Both the position numbers and the translations under genes were made by a program. DNA of 64,000 bases, from NCBI GenBank assembly GCA_013239625.1, contig MU053352.1, forward strand, positions 169,485 through 233,484. The letters are read 5' to 3'. The DNA comes from Lama guanicoe (taxonomy: Eukaryota). The notes below the pieces were generated by a model that saw only the letters and a list, made by a program, of their open reading frames with translations, did no database searches and was not told where the DNA came from. Of this stretch, positions 1 to 14,072 are shown in pieces (position 1 is the first letter of the stretch; each line of letters opens with the position of its first letter).

Positions 1-2309
1 ATTACACACATGTCACAAAGACATCACAGCTCCTCAGTTACCTCACTGAGGGGCCCAAAGCTGAAGTCTTGCCAAAGTCAGCTGGTCACCCCCAGGAAGA
101 CAACTGGTCTGCATTTCCAAATATTCTCACCCTGGTTGCAACTTGCTCAGCTTCTTCCAAAGACCTGGAATTCCGTGGCTTGACTGTGAGCCCTGGAAAT
201 GCCACTAGACATGGCATGACTCATCCTCCACTTCTCATAAATGGGTCACTAAGGCTCAGTGAAACCACATGGCTCAAGTAGAACCAGAACTCCAGCCTTC
301 TGCCCCCACGCTGCTTCCTTGATGCTTGCCCCATTTCACACTTCAGCTGGTTTCTGGGCCCATGGAGTTGGCCTCTGAAATACCTCTTCTAGTGTTTTCC
401 TCACCCCTTCCCCTGACAGCCTCCAGACCATCATCCCTCCCGAAACTGTCACTGCAAATCCTTTTGGTCTCCTTCCTCCAAGTCTCCCCTTTCTACAATC
501 CATCCTGGGCAATGTGCCAGGTCACTCTCAGACCTGAAAATTATCAGGGGCTCTCCTTTCCTGCCAAAGAAAAACCAAAGCCTTGGCCTGGTGTTCGAGG
601 CCCTTCACCATCTGATGCCAGCTTGCTAACAGCTTCTCATCCCTCTCCACCTCCTCTCCCGACAGACCCTAAGCTTAGCCCAGATCATCTGGTTGTTGAT
701 CCAGTATCTCTCTTCTACTTCTGCATTTAGCCAGTGCTGTTACCTCCACTGAGTGTGCAGGACAGTCCTGCCCACCACCCACCTTCACCTCCACCTGCCC
801 AACCTACCTTCTTACAAGGCTTGGTTCAAATGTCCTCTCACCTCAAGAAGCCTTTCCATACTTCATTCCCAAAGGAAGTAATTGCTCCTTCTTTGGGACC
901 CTGTGAGAGATGGGCCTTAAACCTTAGGTATTTAGATACCTGTTTTCTCTCCTAATAGGATACAAACCTTCTTAAAACCAGAATATGTATTGGTTTGTTT
1001 GTATGTTTCCCACAGGCCCAGCATGGTACCTTTTATTCATTGATTAATTCTTTCATTAATAATTTGCTGAACAGAATGTTGGAGTTCAAGCAACCTGAGC
1101 ATGAGTCCAAGCTCTCTCACTTGCTAGTATTATGACCTTGAATAAAGTACTTAACCATTCTAAGCCTCAGTTTTCTGCTCTGAAAAATGGTTCACAAAGT
1201 TATTGTAATGATTAATGAGGTAACATATGGTATTTGCTCAGCACAATGCCTGGAACATACTGAGTATTCAATTAATGAGGCAATACTACTAATAATGAAA
1301 ATAAACCTAGCTCCTGCTGTGTGCCTGGAATTATGGAGACTGCTGGGGATACAGAGATAGATAAAACTAGGCCCACGCCTTTGAAAACTCAGAGACCAGT
1401 CGGGAAGCAGACAACATGGAAAGAGCTGACCTCCGTATCACATAGGGTGATAAGTGCTGTGACAAAGACACCCACAGGTTGCTCTAGAACTTCCAGAAAG
1501 GGCACTGAACTGGGGCTGTGTCCTGGAGGCAGGCGCTCAGGGAAAGCTCTCCAGGAGAGTGATGTGAGCAGTGTCTGGAAAGACCAGTGGTAATGATCCA
1601 GGGCAATGGGGCAAAATGGGTAAGTGGGGTGGAAGGCACAGTATGAGACCAGGAGCACAGAGGCAAGTTGGAGCACCCCAGCACCCTGCACACAGCTGGT
1701 GCTCAATAAATGTCTGCCAAACAAGAGGCAGCCTGAGGTGGAGGGCAGAGCCCTGGGATTCTCTGCCACAGTCACGGCGTGCGACCTTGGGGAAGTCACA
1801 CTCCTGCCCTGAGCTCCCTGTTCTGAGATGATCCGTCAGGTCGACCCCCATTCCATGATGCCAAGATTTGGGAAGGAATGCGGGGCCTTTGGCTGGTGCA
1901 CCCTTGTTCCTCTGAGTCAGGTAGGGGCATGTTTTCACCTACTCAGTTCAGGAGGAGTTTGGCCTAAGAGGCTGGCACCACCCTCTTTAGGTCACACCTG
2001 TCTCTGAAGGAAGACACACTAATCACCTTACGAGCATTGTCACACCCTATTCCTGGGAAATATTCCTCCTCATAGCTGGGGTGGGGAGCCCAGATACTCC
2101 AGGGAGCAATCTGGCCTCAGATTCTATCCATAGGACACCTGAGGTGGAGTAGGGACAATCACTGAATTCAGAGCAAAAATAAGCAACTTCAGAGAGTGTA
2201 AATTTAGTTAATCTGGTGAGAAACAAATAAATTACATTTTAAAACAATCCTTTTTGAGGGAAAAGTACTAATTTATATAAAACTAGTCAATTTTGTCAAT
2301 TCAGTATTT

Positions 2310-2520
2310 TCTTCCAATTTTATTATGATCAATCGGTATAACCACTGTGTAAGTTTAAGGTGTACAACGTGATGATAACGATACATGTATATACTGCAGA
2401 ATGGTAACCACATAAGGTTAGTTAACACCTTCATCACATCACATAATTATCTTTTTTTTGGTGAGAACATTTAAGATCTACTACTTTAGTAACTTTCAAG
2501 TATATAATAGTTCAATATTA
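2310..2520 (-). mobile_element. LINE-1 3' end (L1MA9-like)
   Basis: gtaagtttaaggtgtacaacgtgatg...ggtgagaacatttaagatcta...aactttcaagtatataata. Confidence 0.7.
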
Positions 2521-3354
2521 AATTATCTATTTAGGGTTTTTTTAAGTCATGTGTGATTAAAGAAATCCATCTGAATTATTGCATCATATAACTCCAAAGA
2601 TCTGGCTGGTTCTTTCCATTTTTATTGGTTCAGTATCGTATATTGCCCTAGAGAAAAGGTGGTAGACCAAATCTTAACCACAGCACACATTAACGATTGA
2701 CAAACACAAGGACAGCAACTTGAACATCCAGCCGCTCCAAGAAGGGAGGGGAAGGAAGACGTGGAGAAGGCAGGTTTTGAATTACCTATGGTATCTCTAA
2801 CAAATTACCACAAACTTGGCGGCTGATGGCAACACACAAATTTGATTCAAGTGATAGAAACCCAGTTTACGCATACCTAAGGGAAAACACAAGCAAAAAA
2901 CAGTGTGAGCAACATATTTGTATATTCAACAAAATTATGGAAAGGGCAATGGGGAGCTTGGATGTATGCATGACTGGATCTAGAAACAAATGTCAAGTCT
3001 TCCTTGTTCTCACTCTGTACCTCATCTCTGCTTCTTCTATGTTGACCGTCAAACTGTAGTCACTGAGCCCTCACATCTGGTATGGAACGTAATCACTATT
3101 GAAAAGCACTTTAAATCAACCAGGATTCAAAAATAAGCACTATTAACAGTTTGCTTTTCAGGTTTTAGGTATGTTATTGTACACACGTACGACACGTTTC
3201 TTAATGCACGTGCTCTTGTGCACACACATACACAGAAACATACATAATTATTTAGGGAGTATTTATTGTGTATGTATATTTTGCTCTGCTTTTGTTACTT
3301 AGAACTTTTTATGACGATTTTCCTTGCTATTAAATTTTATTTGAAAATGAAAAA

Positions 3355-3735
3355 AATCTATTCTTACAGACTCCAAGGTCAGAGTCTGAAATCAGTTTCA
3401 CAGGGCTGAATCAAGCAGGGCTGTACTCCCTCCAGTGGCGCTAGGGAGAGAATCCATTTGCTTGCTTTTTCCAACTCCTGGAACTGCATTCGCCACAGAC
3501 CATGGCCCCTTTGTTCACCTTCAAAGTCTTCTGTGCCAAAATTTCCTCTGTGTCCCTCTTACAAGAATACTTGTGATGCAATTGGGCCCAATCAATCCCA
3601 AGTAATCCAAGATAATCTCCCAATCTTAAAATCCTTAATTTACTCACAACTGCAAAGTCCCATATCAAGTAAAATTCACAGGTTCTGAGGATTCAGACGT
3701 AGGTATCTTTGGGGACCATTATTCAGCCTCCCACT
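3355..3735. mobile_element. MaLR (MLT1-type) LTR, split; other end at ~2785-2845
   Basis: ctagggagagaatccatttgcttgcttttt; aatccaagataatctccca; ggggaccattattcagcct. Confidence 0.75.
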
Positions 3736-3864
3736 GCAGAGAAGCCACCAGCAGGAGGAGACACGTCTCACACGCAGGCCCAATGAGAAGGAGTCAGTCA
3801 AGCCAGTTACTAGACCAGAGTCACATCCACATTCTTGTGAAAATCATGAGTTAAAAATAAACTA

Positions 3865-4705
3865 CCTGTTAGAATGGCTATTATCAACACGAACAAAAAA
3901 AAGGTAAGTGTTGGGAGAAAGTAGAGAAATTTAAATTCTTATGTACTGTTGATGGAAATGTAAAATGGTAGCACCATTGCAAAAAAATATTATACAGGGT
4001 CTTCCAAAAATTAAAAATAGAATTACCATATGATCTGGCAACCCCACTTCCAGGTATGTATCTAAAAGAAATCAGGGTCTCAAAGCAATCTCTTCACTCT
4101 CATTTTAACAGCCAAAATATGGAAACAACCCAAACGCGTCCACTGACAGATGAATAGATGAATGAAATGTGGCATACACACAAAAACATATACACATACA
4201 CACAAGGGATATTATTCTTCCTTTAAAAAGAAGGAAAATCCTGCCACTTGAGACAACAGGGATTAACCTGGAAGACATAATGCTAAATGAAATAAAGTCA
4301 GTCACAAAAGGCCGTACATCATATGGTTCCTCATATATGAGGCATCTAAAATAGTCAAAGATATAGTGGACAATAGAATGGTGTTTACCAGAGAACAGGG
4401 AAGGTGGATAGGGAAAGTTTTTGTTTAATAGGTATAAAAGCACAGTTACACAAGATGAGCAAGTTCCAGAGGGCTGCTGTACAACACCGTGCCTATGATT
4501 AGCAATAAAATAGTGTGTACTTAAAAATCTGTTAAGTGTTCTTACAAAAACAAAAAGGATACAAGTAAACTTTTGGAGGTGATGGATATGTTTATTCCCT
4601 GGGTTGTGGTAATGGTAACATAAGTGTTCATGTCCAAACTCAACAAGTTGTATTATATTAGTTATGCACAGTTTTTTGTATATCAACTATACCTCAATAA
4701 AGCTT
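3865..4705 (+). mobile_element. Old LINE-1 3' end (L1MA/L1MB-like)
   Basis: Typical ORF2-end/3' UTR motifs (aattaccatatgatctggcaaccccacttc; ggaggtgatggatatgtttatt; tatacctcaataaagc). Confidence 0.85.
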
Positions 4706-4789
4706 GGGTGGGGAGAAGAAGCAACTACCTGAGGACCCTAAAAAATAAAGCAAGCAGGCAGTAAGGAAGTCAAAATCTGAACAATGACC

Positions 4790-7020
4790 AATATGGTGGC
4801 AATGAATCTGACAACAGATAGACCTGCTCCCAAAGAAATGCTAAAGGAAATTCTTCAAGCTGAAGAGAAATAATCCCAAAGGAAAATTTGAAATTTCAGG
4901 AATGAAGAAAAAGCAACAAAAATGGCAAATATCTGGGTAAATGTAATAGAATATTGTTGCCCTCTTAAGACCTCTGAAATATGTATGACTTTTGAAAGCA
5001 AAAATTATTACATTGTCTGGGGTAATTTTAATGTATATATGTTTAATATAGATGACACCTATAATATAAAGGGGAGAATATAAAGTAATCTATATGGTAG
5101 TCAGGTTTCTATCTGTTAGAAAATAAAACAGACTATGAAAAGTTTGGTATGTATATTATAACCTCTATAGCAATGAATAAAAAATACAAAGAGAGAAAGT
5201 TAAAAAGCCAAAAGATAAATTAAAATCTATATAGATAAATAGGAAAACTCAACATAATAAAGATATCAATTCTCCCAAAATTTATCTGTAGATTTATATA
5301 CTTCCTACAAAATCCCTGTAAGAATTTTTTGTAAAAAAAAAAAAAAGTTACTTCTAAAATTTATATGAAAAGACATAGACCCTAGAATAACTAAAACATT
5401 CTTGAAAGAGAAAAATAAAGTGGGAGGAATTGAGGAATTGCACTTTCTGATATTAAGGACTACTATATAATGATAGTAGTTAAGAGAATATTTGGTAGAG
5501 GGATGGTACATAGGTCAGTGGAATAGAATAGCGAACCCAGAAATAAACCCACATAAATATACCCAAATGATCTCTGACAAAGGTGCAAAAGAAAGAAAGA
5601 TAACCTTTTGTACCTTTTCAACAGATGGTGCTGGGGTAACTAATAAGTGATTATAGTAAGGTTGCAGGATACAAGATTAATATACAAAAGTCAATTGATT
5701 TTCTATATACCAGCAATGAATAATTGGAATTTGAAATTAAAAATACCACCATTTACATTAGTACCAAAAAATGAAATACTTAGGTATAAATCTAACAAAA
5801 TTAATATAAGATCTATATGAGGAACTGTGGTGAAAGTAAAGAAAGAAAAACTAAATAATTGGAGAGATATTCCATGTTCATGGATAGAAAAACTCAGTAT
5901 TGTCAAGCTGTACATTCTTCCCAGTTTGATCTATAGACTCAATGCAATCTCAAACAAAATACCAGTTAAGTTATTTTGTGGATATTGACAGCTGAGTCTA
6001 AAGTTTATGTGGAGGCAAAAGACATGGAATAGCCAACACAATATTGAAGGTGAAGAACAAAGTTGGAGGACTGACACTATCCAACTTCAAGACTTACTAA
6101 AAAACTACAGTAATTAAGACTGTGACATTGGCAAAAGAACAAATAGATCAACAGAACAGAATAGGGAGCCCAGAAATAGATCCATATAAACATAGTCAAT
6201 TGATCTTTGACAAAGGATCAAAAGCAATACAATAGAGAAAGATAGTCTTTTCAACAAATGATGCTAGAACAACTGGACATTCCTACGCAAAAAAAATTAA
6301 TCTAGACACAAACCTTATACTCATCACAAAAATTAACTCAAAATGGATCATAGACCCAAATGCAAAATGCAAAACTATAAAACTTCTAGAAGGCAACACA
6401 GGAAAAAAATCTAGGTAACTTTGGGTATGATAATGACTTTTTAGATACAACAACAAAGGCACAATCCATAAAAGAAATAATTGATAAGCTGGACTTCATT
6501 AAAATTGAAAAATTCTACTCTGAGAAAGACACTGTCAAGAGAACGAGGAGATAAATCACAGAAAGGAGAAATTATTTGTAAAAGACACATCTGATAAAGG
6601 ACTGTTATCTCAAATATGCAAAGAACTCATAAATCTCAACAATAAGAAAATGAACAACTCAGATAAACAACAAGTTTATATTGTATAGCTCAGGGAACTA
6701 TATTTAGTATCTCGTAGTAACCTATAATGAAAAAGAATATGAAAATGAATATATGTATGTATGTGTATGACTGAACTATTATGTTATATACCAGAAACTG
6801 ACACAACATTGTAAACTTATACTTCATTTAAAAAAAAAGTGAACAATTTAAATTACAATTTTAAAAAATTCAATTTGAAAAAAAATTTAAACAAATTCAA
6901 TTTAAAAATAAGCCAAAGACATAAATAGACAACTCACCAAAGAAAATGCACAGTTGGAAATAGCATATGAAAAGATGGTCAGCATTATGTCATCAAGGAA
7001 CTGCAAATTTTTTATAAATG
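4790..7020 (+). mobile_element. Fragmented old LINE-1 ORF2 pieces (L1M-type)
   Basis: A-rich sequence with degenerate ORF2 motifs (caaggttgcaggatacaagattaatatacaaaa; gatctttgacaaagg; ctggacttcattaaaatt) and many stops. Confidence 0.85.
6661..6838 (+). mobile_element. Short LINE-1 3' end nested inside the older L1
   Basis: tgtatagctcagggaactatatttag...cacaacattgtaaac followed by an A-tail, flanked by near-duplicated aaa(a/g)tgaacaa. Confidence 0.7.
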
Positions 7021-7204
7021 GTGCTAGGAAAGAAAAAACAAAACAAATGCAGGGTCTCAGCCCCACCTCAGACCTGCTGGAGCAGAAGTTGCATTAACAG
7101 ATACCCATGTGATGTGCTCATGAAGGTAAAAGAAGCATTGAGTTAGAGGAAGGCACAGTTGGGACACTGGTGCTCCTCCCTGCTCATTAGACTAATAAAA
7201 GTTA

Positions 7205-8240
7205 CTTCTATTTGACTAATAAAACAAATGGTGTACAGAAAATTAGACATCCTTACACACACAAAAATGAAGTTCAACCTGAATCTCACAACCTAATATA
7301 AAATTAACTATCATTAAAAAAATTGGAGGGAAGGTATAGCTCAAGTGGTGAAGCACATGCTTAGCAGCAATGAGGTCCTAGGTTCAATCCCCATTACCTC
7401 CTCTAAGAATAAATAAATACTAAATAAATCTAGTTACCTCCCCTCCCTGCAGAAAAAAAAAACCTAAAAAATTTTAAAAATTAAAAATTAACTATCATAG
7501 ATGTAAATGTAAAATAGAAGACTATAAAACTTTAAAACATAGGAGAAATTCTTCATGATCTAGAGCTAGGCAAGGAGTTCTTATACTTGACACTTAAAGC
7601 ACAATATCAAGTTTTGGAGAGGATGCGGAGGAAGTGGAACTCTCATATATTGCTGTAAGAGAATCTAAAATGGTGGTACAGCCACTCTGGGAAACAGTTT
7701 GACATGTTCTTATAAAGAAAAAAATTATGTATAAATTACATAATTAGCATGTGACTCAGCAACCCCATTCAGAGCTATTTACTCAAATAAAATGAAAAAC
7801 TATGTTCACACAAAACGTGTACATGCCAAAAATTGGAAACAATATCCCTGAACTAGGGAATGGATAAGAGTATATCCATAAAATGGATTATTATTCATCA
7901 GTAAAAAGTAACAAGTTACTGATTCATGCAACAACACTGATGAATCTCAAATGTATTGCACTAAAGGAAAGAAATCAGAGTCAAAAAGCTACATACTGTA
8001 TTGTTTCATTTATATGACATTCTGGAAAACACAAAAGTATAGTAATGGAGAACAGATAACCAGGGGTTAAGGGCAATGAGAGTTACTACAAACTGACAGA
8101 ATGAGGGAATCTGGGGGAATGATGGAATGGAAATTTTCCGTATCTTGATTGTGGTGGTAGTTACATGATTCTGCTTTTGTCAGAACTCATAGAACTAAAT
8201 ACCAAAAGAGAGCGAATTTTATTGTACGTAAATTAAAATA
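7205..8240 (+). mobile_element. Old LINE-1 fragments (L1MC/L1MD-like 3' region), interrupted by a SINE
   Basis: Motifs such as gtatcttgattgtggtggtagttacatga and gccactctgggaaacagttt. Confidence 0.75.
7325..7483 (+). mobile_element. tRNA-derived SINE (camelid Vic-1-like)
   Basis: A box tagctcaagtgg, B box ggttcaatccc, A-rich tail. Flanking repeat aaaattaactatcat at 7300-7314 and 7484-7498. Confidence 0.8.
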
Positions 8241-9329
8241 TTTTCTCTAAAAACTACAGCGAAAGATACATGATTTACAATAAAATGTGAATTAATAAAC
8301 TACCATTTCGTTACAGCATAATAAAAGGAAAAATTCCCCAGGTGGTTCCAATATGTTATCAAGGTTGAGTACCACAGCCCAAGGCAGTTATTTTCCCATA
8401 CATGTGTGTATATAGATACCCTAGGGCTACCTTTTCTTCCCAGGCTCCTCAAGAGAAGTCAAGTCTCCCCTCCAACCGCCAAAGGTCATTAACAAAGACC
8501 CACGGAGTTGGAAAGATGACCCATGAATGCCTGAGAATGGAAGTGGAGGTTGATTGGACTAGGAATATTTCATTTTGGAGAAAAGGAGGCCCAAAACACA
8601 CAAGGTTATTGTCTTTAGGTAACTGAAGGGTGATTAGGTGGAAAGAACATAAGTTTTTTGTGTTTCCAGTAGGAAGACAGGAAATAATGAGTGGAAAGGG
8701 CACAGAATCCAATAGAAGGGTGAGATTTCTAACAACCAGTTAATCTGCAAAAAGAATGGGATGGCTCATGGAAGGAGTGAGCTTCCCAGCCTCAAGGATT
8801 AAACAGAAGTGGGTTGACCATTCATCTAAGATTTCATACAGGGCACTCCGGTACTGCGTGAAAGATTCGAATCAATGGCCTCTTAGGTCTAGATCAATTC
8901 TAAAACTCATGAAGTCCCAAGCACCTGCACAGTAGAAGATGAATTCCCCTAGACTCTTCAGCTGAGTAAAATTTGAGAGAGACTACAAAAGTTCCTACCT
9001 GCCCAAAATCTCTCCTCTGCGTGAAATTCCCTTTTACTTCCACAAACACTAGATAGGGCTCAAGTGGAGGGTACTGTGTGGGGAAAATGTTGCTGGGGAG
9101 ATAAAAAGAGGAAGACGAAATGGCTCAGTTCCCCAGCTGGCTCCCTCATCCACCAGGATCTCAGACTAAATGTCACTTCTGAGAAGCTCCCACTGCCCCT
9201 AAAATCTGGTGTTAAGTACCCTCCCCATGCCCCTGTAGCCATCTATACTTCTCATAGCACCCATCATACTTCATTGTCTGTTCTCTTCATTTGAATATGA
9301 AGTCTGTGAAGACAGGGAATTAACAGATG

Positions 9330-9830
9330 CACAAAAATAAACATCCAGAATATATAAAGAGTGCTTATGATTCAAAAGGAAAAAATGACCAATGTAGGGG
9401 GAAAGTTGTAAAGGATATGAACAGGCAATTCAAAATGAGAAAACCCAAAGGACCAATGATGGTATAAAAAAAAGTTTCACCTCAATAATAATAAGGGAAA
9501 TACACATTTTAAAATTTTACTCTACACCTATTACATTTGTCAATATGAAAAAAAGAGTAAAAATAGCAGATATTAGAGAGAATGTGAAGAAGTATGAGTG
9601 TTAATGCATTACTGATGGGAGTATAAGTTAGTACAAATACTTTGGATAAAATTCCGTCAAACCTAGTAAAAGTAGAGATATGCATACAGCTTTAAGCACT
9701 TCCACTTCTAGGTATCTATCCTAAACAAACTCTTATGCTTTACACATATGCCCTAAAGAACAGGCATAAGAACGTTCATTGCAGCACTATTTATAATTTT
9801 AAAAAGAAAAAGGAATAATGTAACTGTATA
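9330..9830 (+). mobile_element. Ancient LINE-1 fragment (L1ME-like)
   Basis: aaggatatgaacaggcaattc; ttccacttctaggtatctatcc; gttcattgcagcactatttataat. Confidence 0.65.
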
Positions 9831-10384
9831 TATCAGGTAAGACTTCAGGGTGGGGGCAGCCTGGAGCTGGGCCTTGAAGGATGGGGAGGATTCCACAGAA
9901 TGAGAAAGGATGAGGGAGAATGTAAGCAAAGGCACAGAGATGTGAACAGGGAGGAGGCTGGGGAAACTCAGGTCACCCTGTGCAGCTGCAGTAAAGGAAT
10001 AGCCGGCAAGGGGGTGATGAGGGCCTCCAGGAAATGAGGAAAGCTGGAAAGCTCTCTAGGCTTTGAGAGCAATCTGAATACTAACCCATGACTTTTCATG
10101 GTCCCACTGCATGTATTATATTATCTTGCATATATCAAACAGCCAATAAAAAGAAGGAACCTAGGATATAGCAGAAAGTTCTCCAAAGTCTGTATGTGTA
10201 AGGTGAGATTTAGGGTTTAGAGCCCCCATTCTTTCTAGTGTAACATACTGTGATTATCTTAAAGGCACAGCAAGGAAATAAAATGATTTGTAACTATCTG
10301 AAACCTAATAGAATATGAAATAGGATGGTCAATGGAATCATCTATTTAAATTGTGAAGCCACACCTTGGTCACAATTCTATTTG

Positions 10385-11733
10385 GTTTTTTTAACATTTT
10401 TTATTGATTTATAATCATTTTACAATGTTGTGTCAAATTCCAGTGTTCAGCACAATTTTTTAGTCATTCATGGACATATACACACTCATTGTCACATTTT
10501 TTTCTCTGTGAGTTATCATAACATTTTGTGTATATTTCCCTGTGCTATACAGTGTAATCTTGTTTATCTATTCTACAATTTTGAAATCCCAGTCTATCCC
10601 TTCCCACCCTCTACCCCCCTGGTAACCACAAGTCTGTATTCTCTGTCCATGAGTCTTTAGATTCCACATATGAGCGATCTCATATGGTATTTTTCTTTCT
10701 CTTTCTGGCTTACTTCACTTAGAATGACATTCTCTAGGAGCATCCATGTTGCTGCAAATGGCATTATGTTGTCGGTTTTTATGGCTGAGTAGTATTCCAT
10801 TGTATAAATATACCACCTCTTCTTTATCCAGTCACCTGTTGATGGACATTTAGGCTGTTTCCATGTTTTGGCTATTGTAAATAGTGCTGCTATGAACATT
10901 GGGGTGCAGGTGTCATCCTGAAGTAGATTTCCTTCTGGATACAAGCCCAGGAGTGGGATTCCTGGGTCATATGGTAAGTCTATTCCTAGTCTTTTGAGGA
11001 ATCTCCACACTGTTTTCCATAGTGGCTGCACCAAACTGCATTCCCACCAGCAGGGTAGGAGGGTTCCCCTTTCTCCACAGCCTCTCCAGCATTTGTCATT
11101 TTTGGATTTTTGAATGACGGCCATTCTGACTGGTGTGAGGTGATACCTCATTGTAGTTTTGATTTGCATTTCTCTGATAATTAGTGATATTGAACATTTT
11201 TTCATGTGCTTTTTGATCATTTGTATGTCTTCCTTGGAGAATTGCTTGTTTAGGTCTTCTGCCCATTTTTGGATTGGGTTGTTTATTTTTTTCTTATTGA
11301 GTCGTATGAGCTGCTTATATATTTTGGAGATCAAGCCTTTGTCGGTTTCACTTGCAAAAATTTTCTCCCATTCCGTAGGTTTTCTTCTTGTTTTATTTCT
11401 GGTTTCCTTTGCTCTGCAGAAGCTTGTAAGTTTCATTAGGTCCCATTTGTTTATTCTTGCTTTTATTTCTTCTAGGAGAAAATTTTTGAAATGTATGTCA
11501 GATAATGTTTTGCCTATGTTTTCCTCTAGGAGGTTTATTGTATCTTGTCTTATGTTTAAGTCTTTAATTCATTTTGAGTTGATTTTTGTATATGGTGTAA
11601 GGGTGTGTTCTAGCTTCATTGTTTTACTGCTGTTTTACTGCTGCTGTCCAGTTTTCCCAACACCATTTGCTGAAGAGACTGTCTTTATTCCATTGTATAT
11701 TCTTGCCTCCTTTGTCGAAGATTAGTTGACCAA
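10385..11733 (-). mobile_element. Young 5'-truncated LINE-1 (ORF2 C-terminus + 3' UTR + poly(A)) with target-site duplication
   Basis: 259-aa open ORF2 tail ending SLICGI* (10657-11436). AATAAA and A-tail at the left end. Direct repeat ACAATTCTATTTG at 10372-10384 and 11734-11746. Confidence 0.95.
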
Positions 11734-11805
11734 ACAATTCTATTTGTTGAGTGACAGTGTACACATTTAGACATTTTCCATCAAGACAGAAAAGTAAAGA
11801 GAGAT

Positions 11806-11824
11806 GCAGCGCCACCTTGTGGTG
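11806..11824 (-). promoter_or_regulatory. CTCF motif
   Basis: Minus strand reads CACCACAAGGTGGCGCTGC, with one core mismatch and a CpG retained in CpG-poor surroundings. Confidence 0.6.
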
Positions 11825-14072
11825 AGACCTAGAGTTGCACTGAGATGCTTCCTCCCAAGGCTATTCAGTGGCTCTGTATCTTGTCTGGGCCTGCAGTCAC
11901 TGGATAGGGGTGGGAGTCAGCAGAAGCTAAGAACTGGAAGAAACAACAGGCATGACTAGGAGTCAGGAGGCCCTGTTATGGGGCTCCCTTGAAGTCCTGG
12001 GGGCCTCCCTTCTTCCTAACATACTTCAAGCAAAATCAGGACAATTGAGATCAGAAAGCCTGAAGGTGAATAAAATGGGCGAAGACAAGAGAAATAGTAT
12101 AATACCACTGATGTTTCCAGGTGGTAGAGTGAGCTGGTATTGATGATCTATGAGCCTCAGACCTTCTTGAAAAATAAATTAATCTTTTTTTCCTATAAAG
12201 CTGCCTGATCACAGAAGCAAGGATCATCAGCTACAGATGATCTTCATCTCAAGTGTCAACTTCAATGAACTGGTAATAGCCAACTAGAACATTGCATTCA
12301 GTAAGATTCTGAGGTAGAGTTTGAGTTCAGTGGAAAGAAGGTCATTAATGATTAACATCTGTCTCAGATATGGGCAGGAGTAACAACACACCTATCCTAG
12401 GAAATGCTTTGTTGCTGTAGACCTCTATGTACCTCTAACTCACCTGAGTCTCAGTTTTTCTCATTATAAAATGAGGATAATTATGCCTTCCTGGCTTACT
12501 TCACAAAAGAGAAGACCGTGGATTTGAGAGGTCTTGAAAGATCTAAAAATACACGTAAGAGACGGTTCAAGTATTTTCGGGTGACTTCCCTGGATGAACA
12601 AAAGAGCTGATGATCCCAGAGTTGCTGGTTGCCTTTCGCAACCTAAACACCACTGAAGGAGCTGAAGAACATTGTTTGAAAAATGTTAGGGGCTCAGCCA
12701 GATCTCAACACTAAGTCAAACAAATTGAGTAAGCTGAGGTCTAAAGAGTTAAAGCGTTAGCTATGAGGCTGGTGCTGCAATTTTTTCAGGGCCAGGGTAT
12801 GGAATAAAATGAAATCAAACACCATTACTGCAGAACCCTTAGATTAATCCACACATTTGCTGATTTTACAAATGTTTATTGAGCACCTACTGTGTGCCAG
12901 TTCTGTGTCAAGGATAGGGATAGAGTGGAGGATAAAAGTTAGACACTTGCCCAAATGGAGATTACAGCCTAGTGGGACAGGCTGTAATAAATAAATTACC
13001 ATTTAAATGATGTGTTAGGAAAACAGCTGCCCCTCCTAAGCTGAGGATGATGGCTATGGAAGATGTGTCACACTGTTGTTCAGTAAAATTAAATCTGTTT
13101 CTTCTCTCTGTCCCCATCATGGAAATACACGTGGGTAAGATCTTGGTTAAGAACAAAGTTTTGTACTCAGAACACAGCTGAGTTCAGTGTTTGCTTTGGT
13201 GACTTACTAGTTGAGTGACTTCAGACAAGCTATACCACAAGGCTTCCAGACTTTGATGTGCATACAAACCCCTGGGGCATCCAGACTTCACCACAGCCTC
13301 AGTCTCCCAGTGGGAAACAAGCAGATCATGAAAGGGTTGTCATAAAGATTAGGTGAGACAGTATACGTAAAGTGCTTAACACAATTCCCAGTACTCCATG
13401 AATGGAAATTTATGTTCTTATTATTCTTTTATTCTCTGTCCTTTCAAATTTAAGTCATATGAAGGTTTGAGTGTGTGTGGTTGCTTTGTTTTAATTTTTG
13501 CTATGTGTGCACAACTGGGTAGATAAGCGCCCTTGCGCATAGGGCAAGTTCCTTGCAAGATGGTTTGTGTTCCCAGAGCATGCAGACCGGTGCAGGCGCA
13601 TGCCCTGGTGGCACGTGTTTGTGTGTCTGCAGTGAGCAGTATGTGCATGTGTATCTGTGTACATATAAAACACTGTATCCATAGAAGACTTTGTTGTCAA
13701 TGAACTATTTCAAAAATCATTTCCTCATACTTATCATGGTATCAACCAAGGTTAGTGAGCAGCAGGATAATGAAAGATTGATTGTTCAAAGAGGCAGGTC
13801 TTGTTTTAATTGAAACCGCTTATCCTACCCAAAGGTTCTAGATAAAGGAGAGAAATGTGATGACTGGTTAGAAACATTCTGGTCTATAGGTTGGTGTGGG
13901 GCACCAGGCTGTAAATGTCACAAGGTCTCCCAGGTCCCCTGCCCAGCCTTCCCAGTCAAAGGCAGGAAGACTCATCTTGGGGTGCCCTTGTTGGGATACC
14001 CTTTCTTCTGCCCTTCTACAGAGGCCCACTCAAACTCAGGAAGGCTAAAGTCTAGGAAGCAGGACCCCTGAG

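Noticed and set aside
4105..4686. 193-aa minus-strand ORF (also 11159-11725 on +)
   Set aside because: Antisense frames of LINE-1 sequence.
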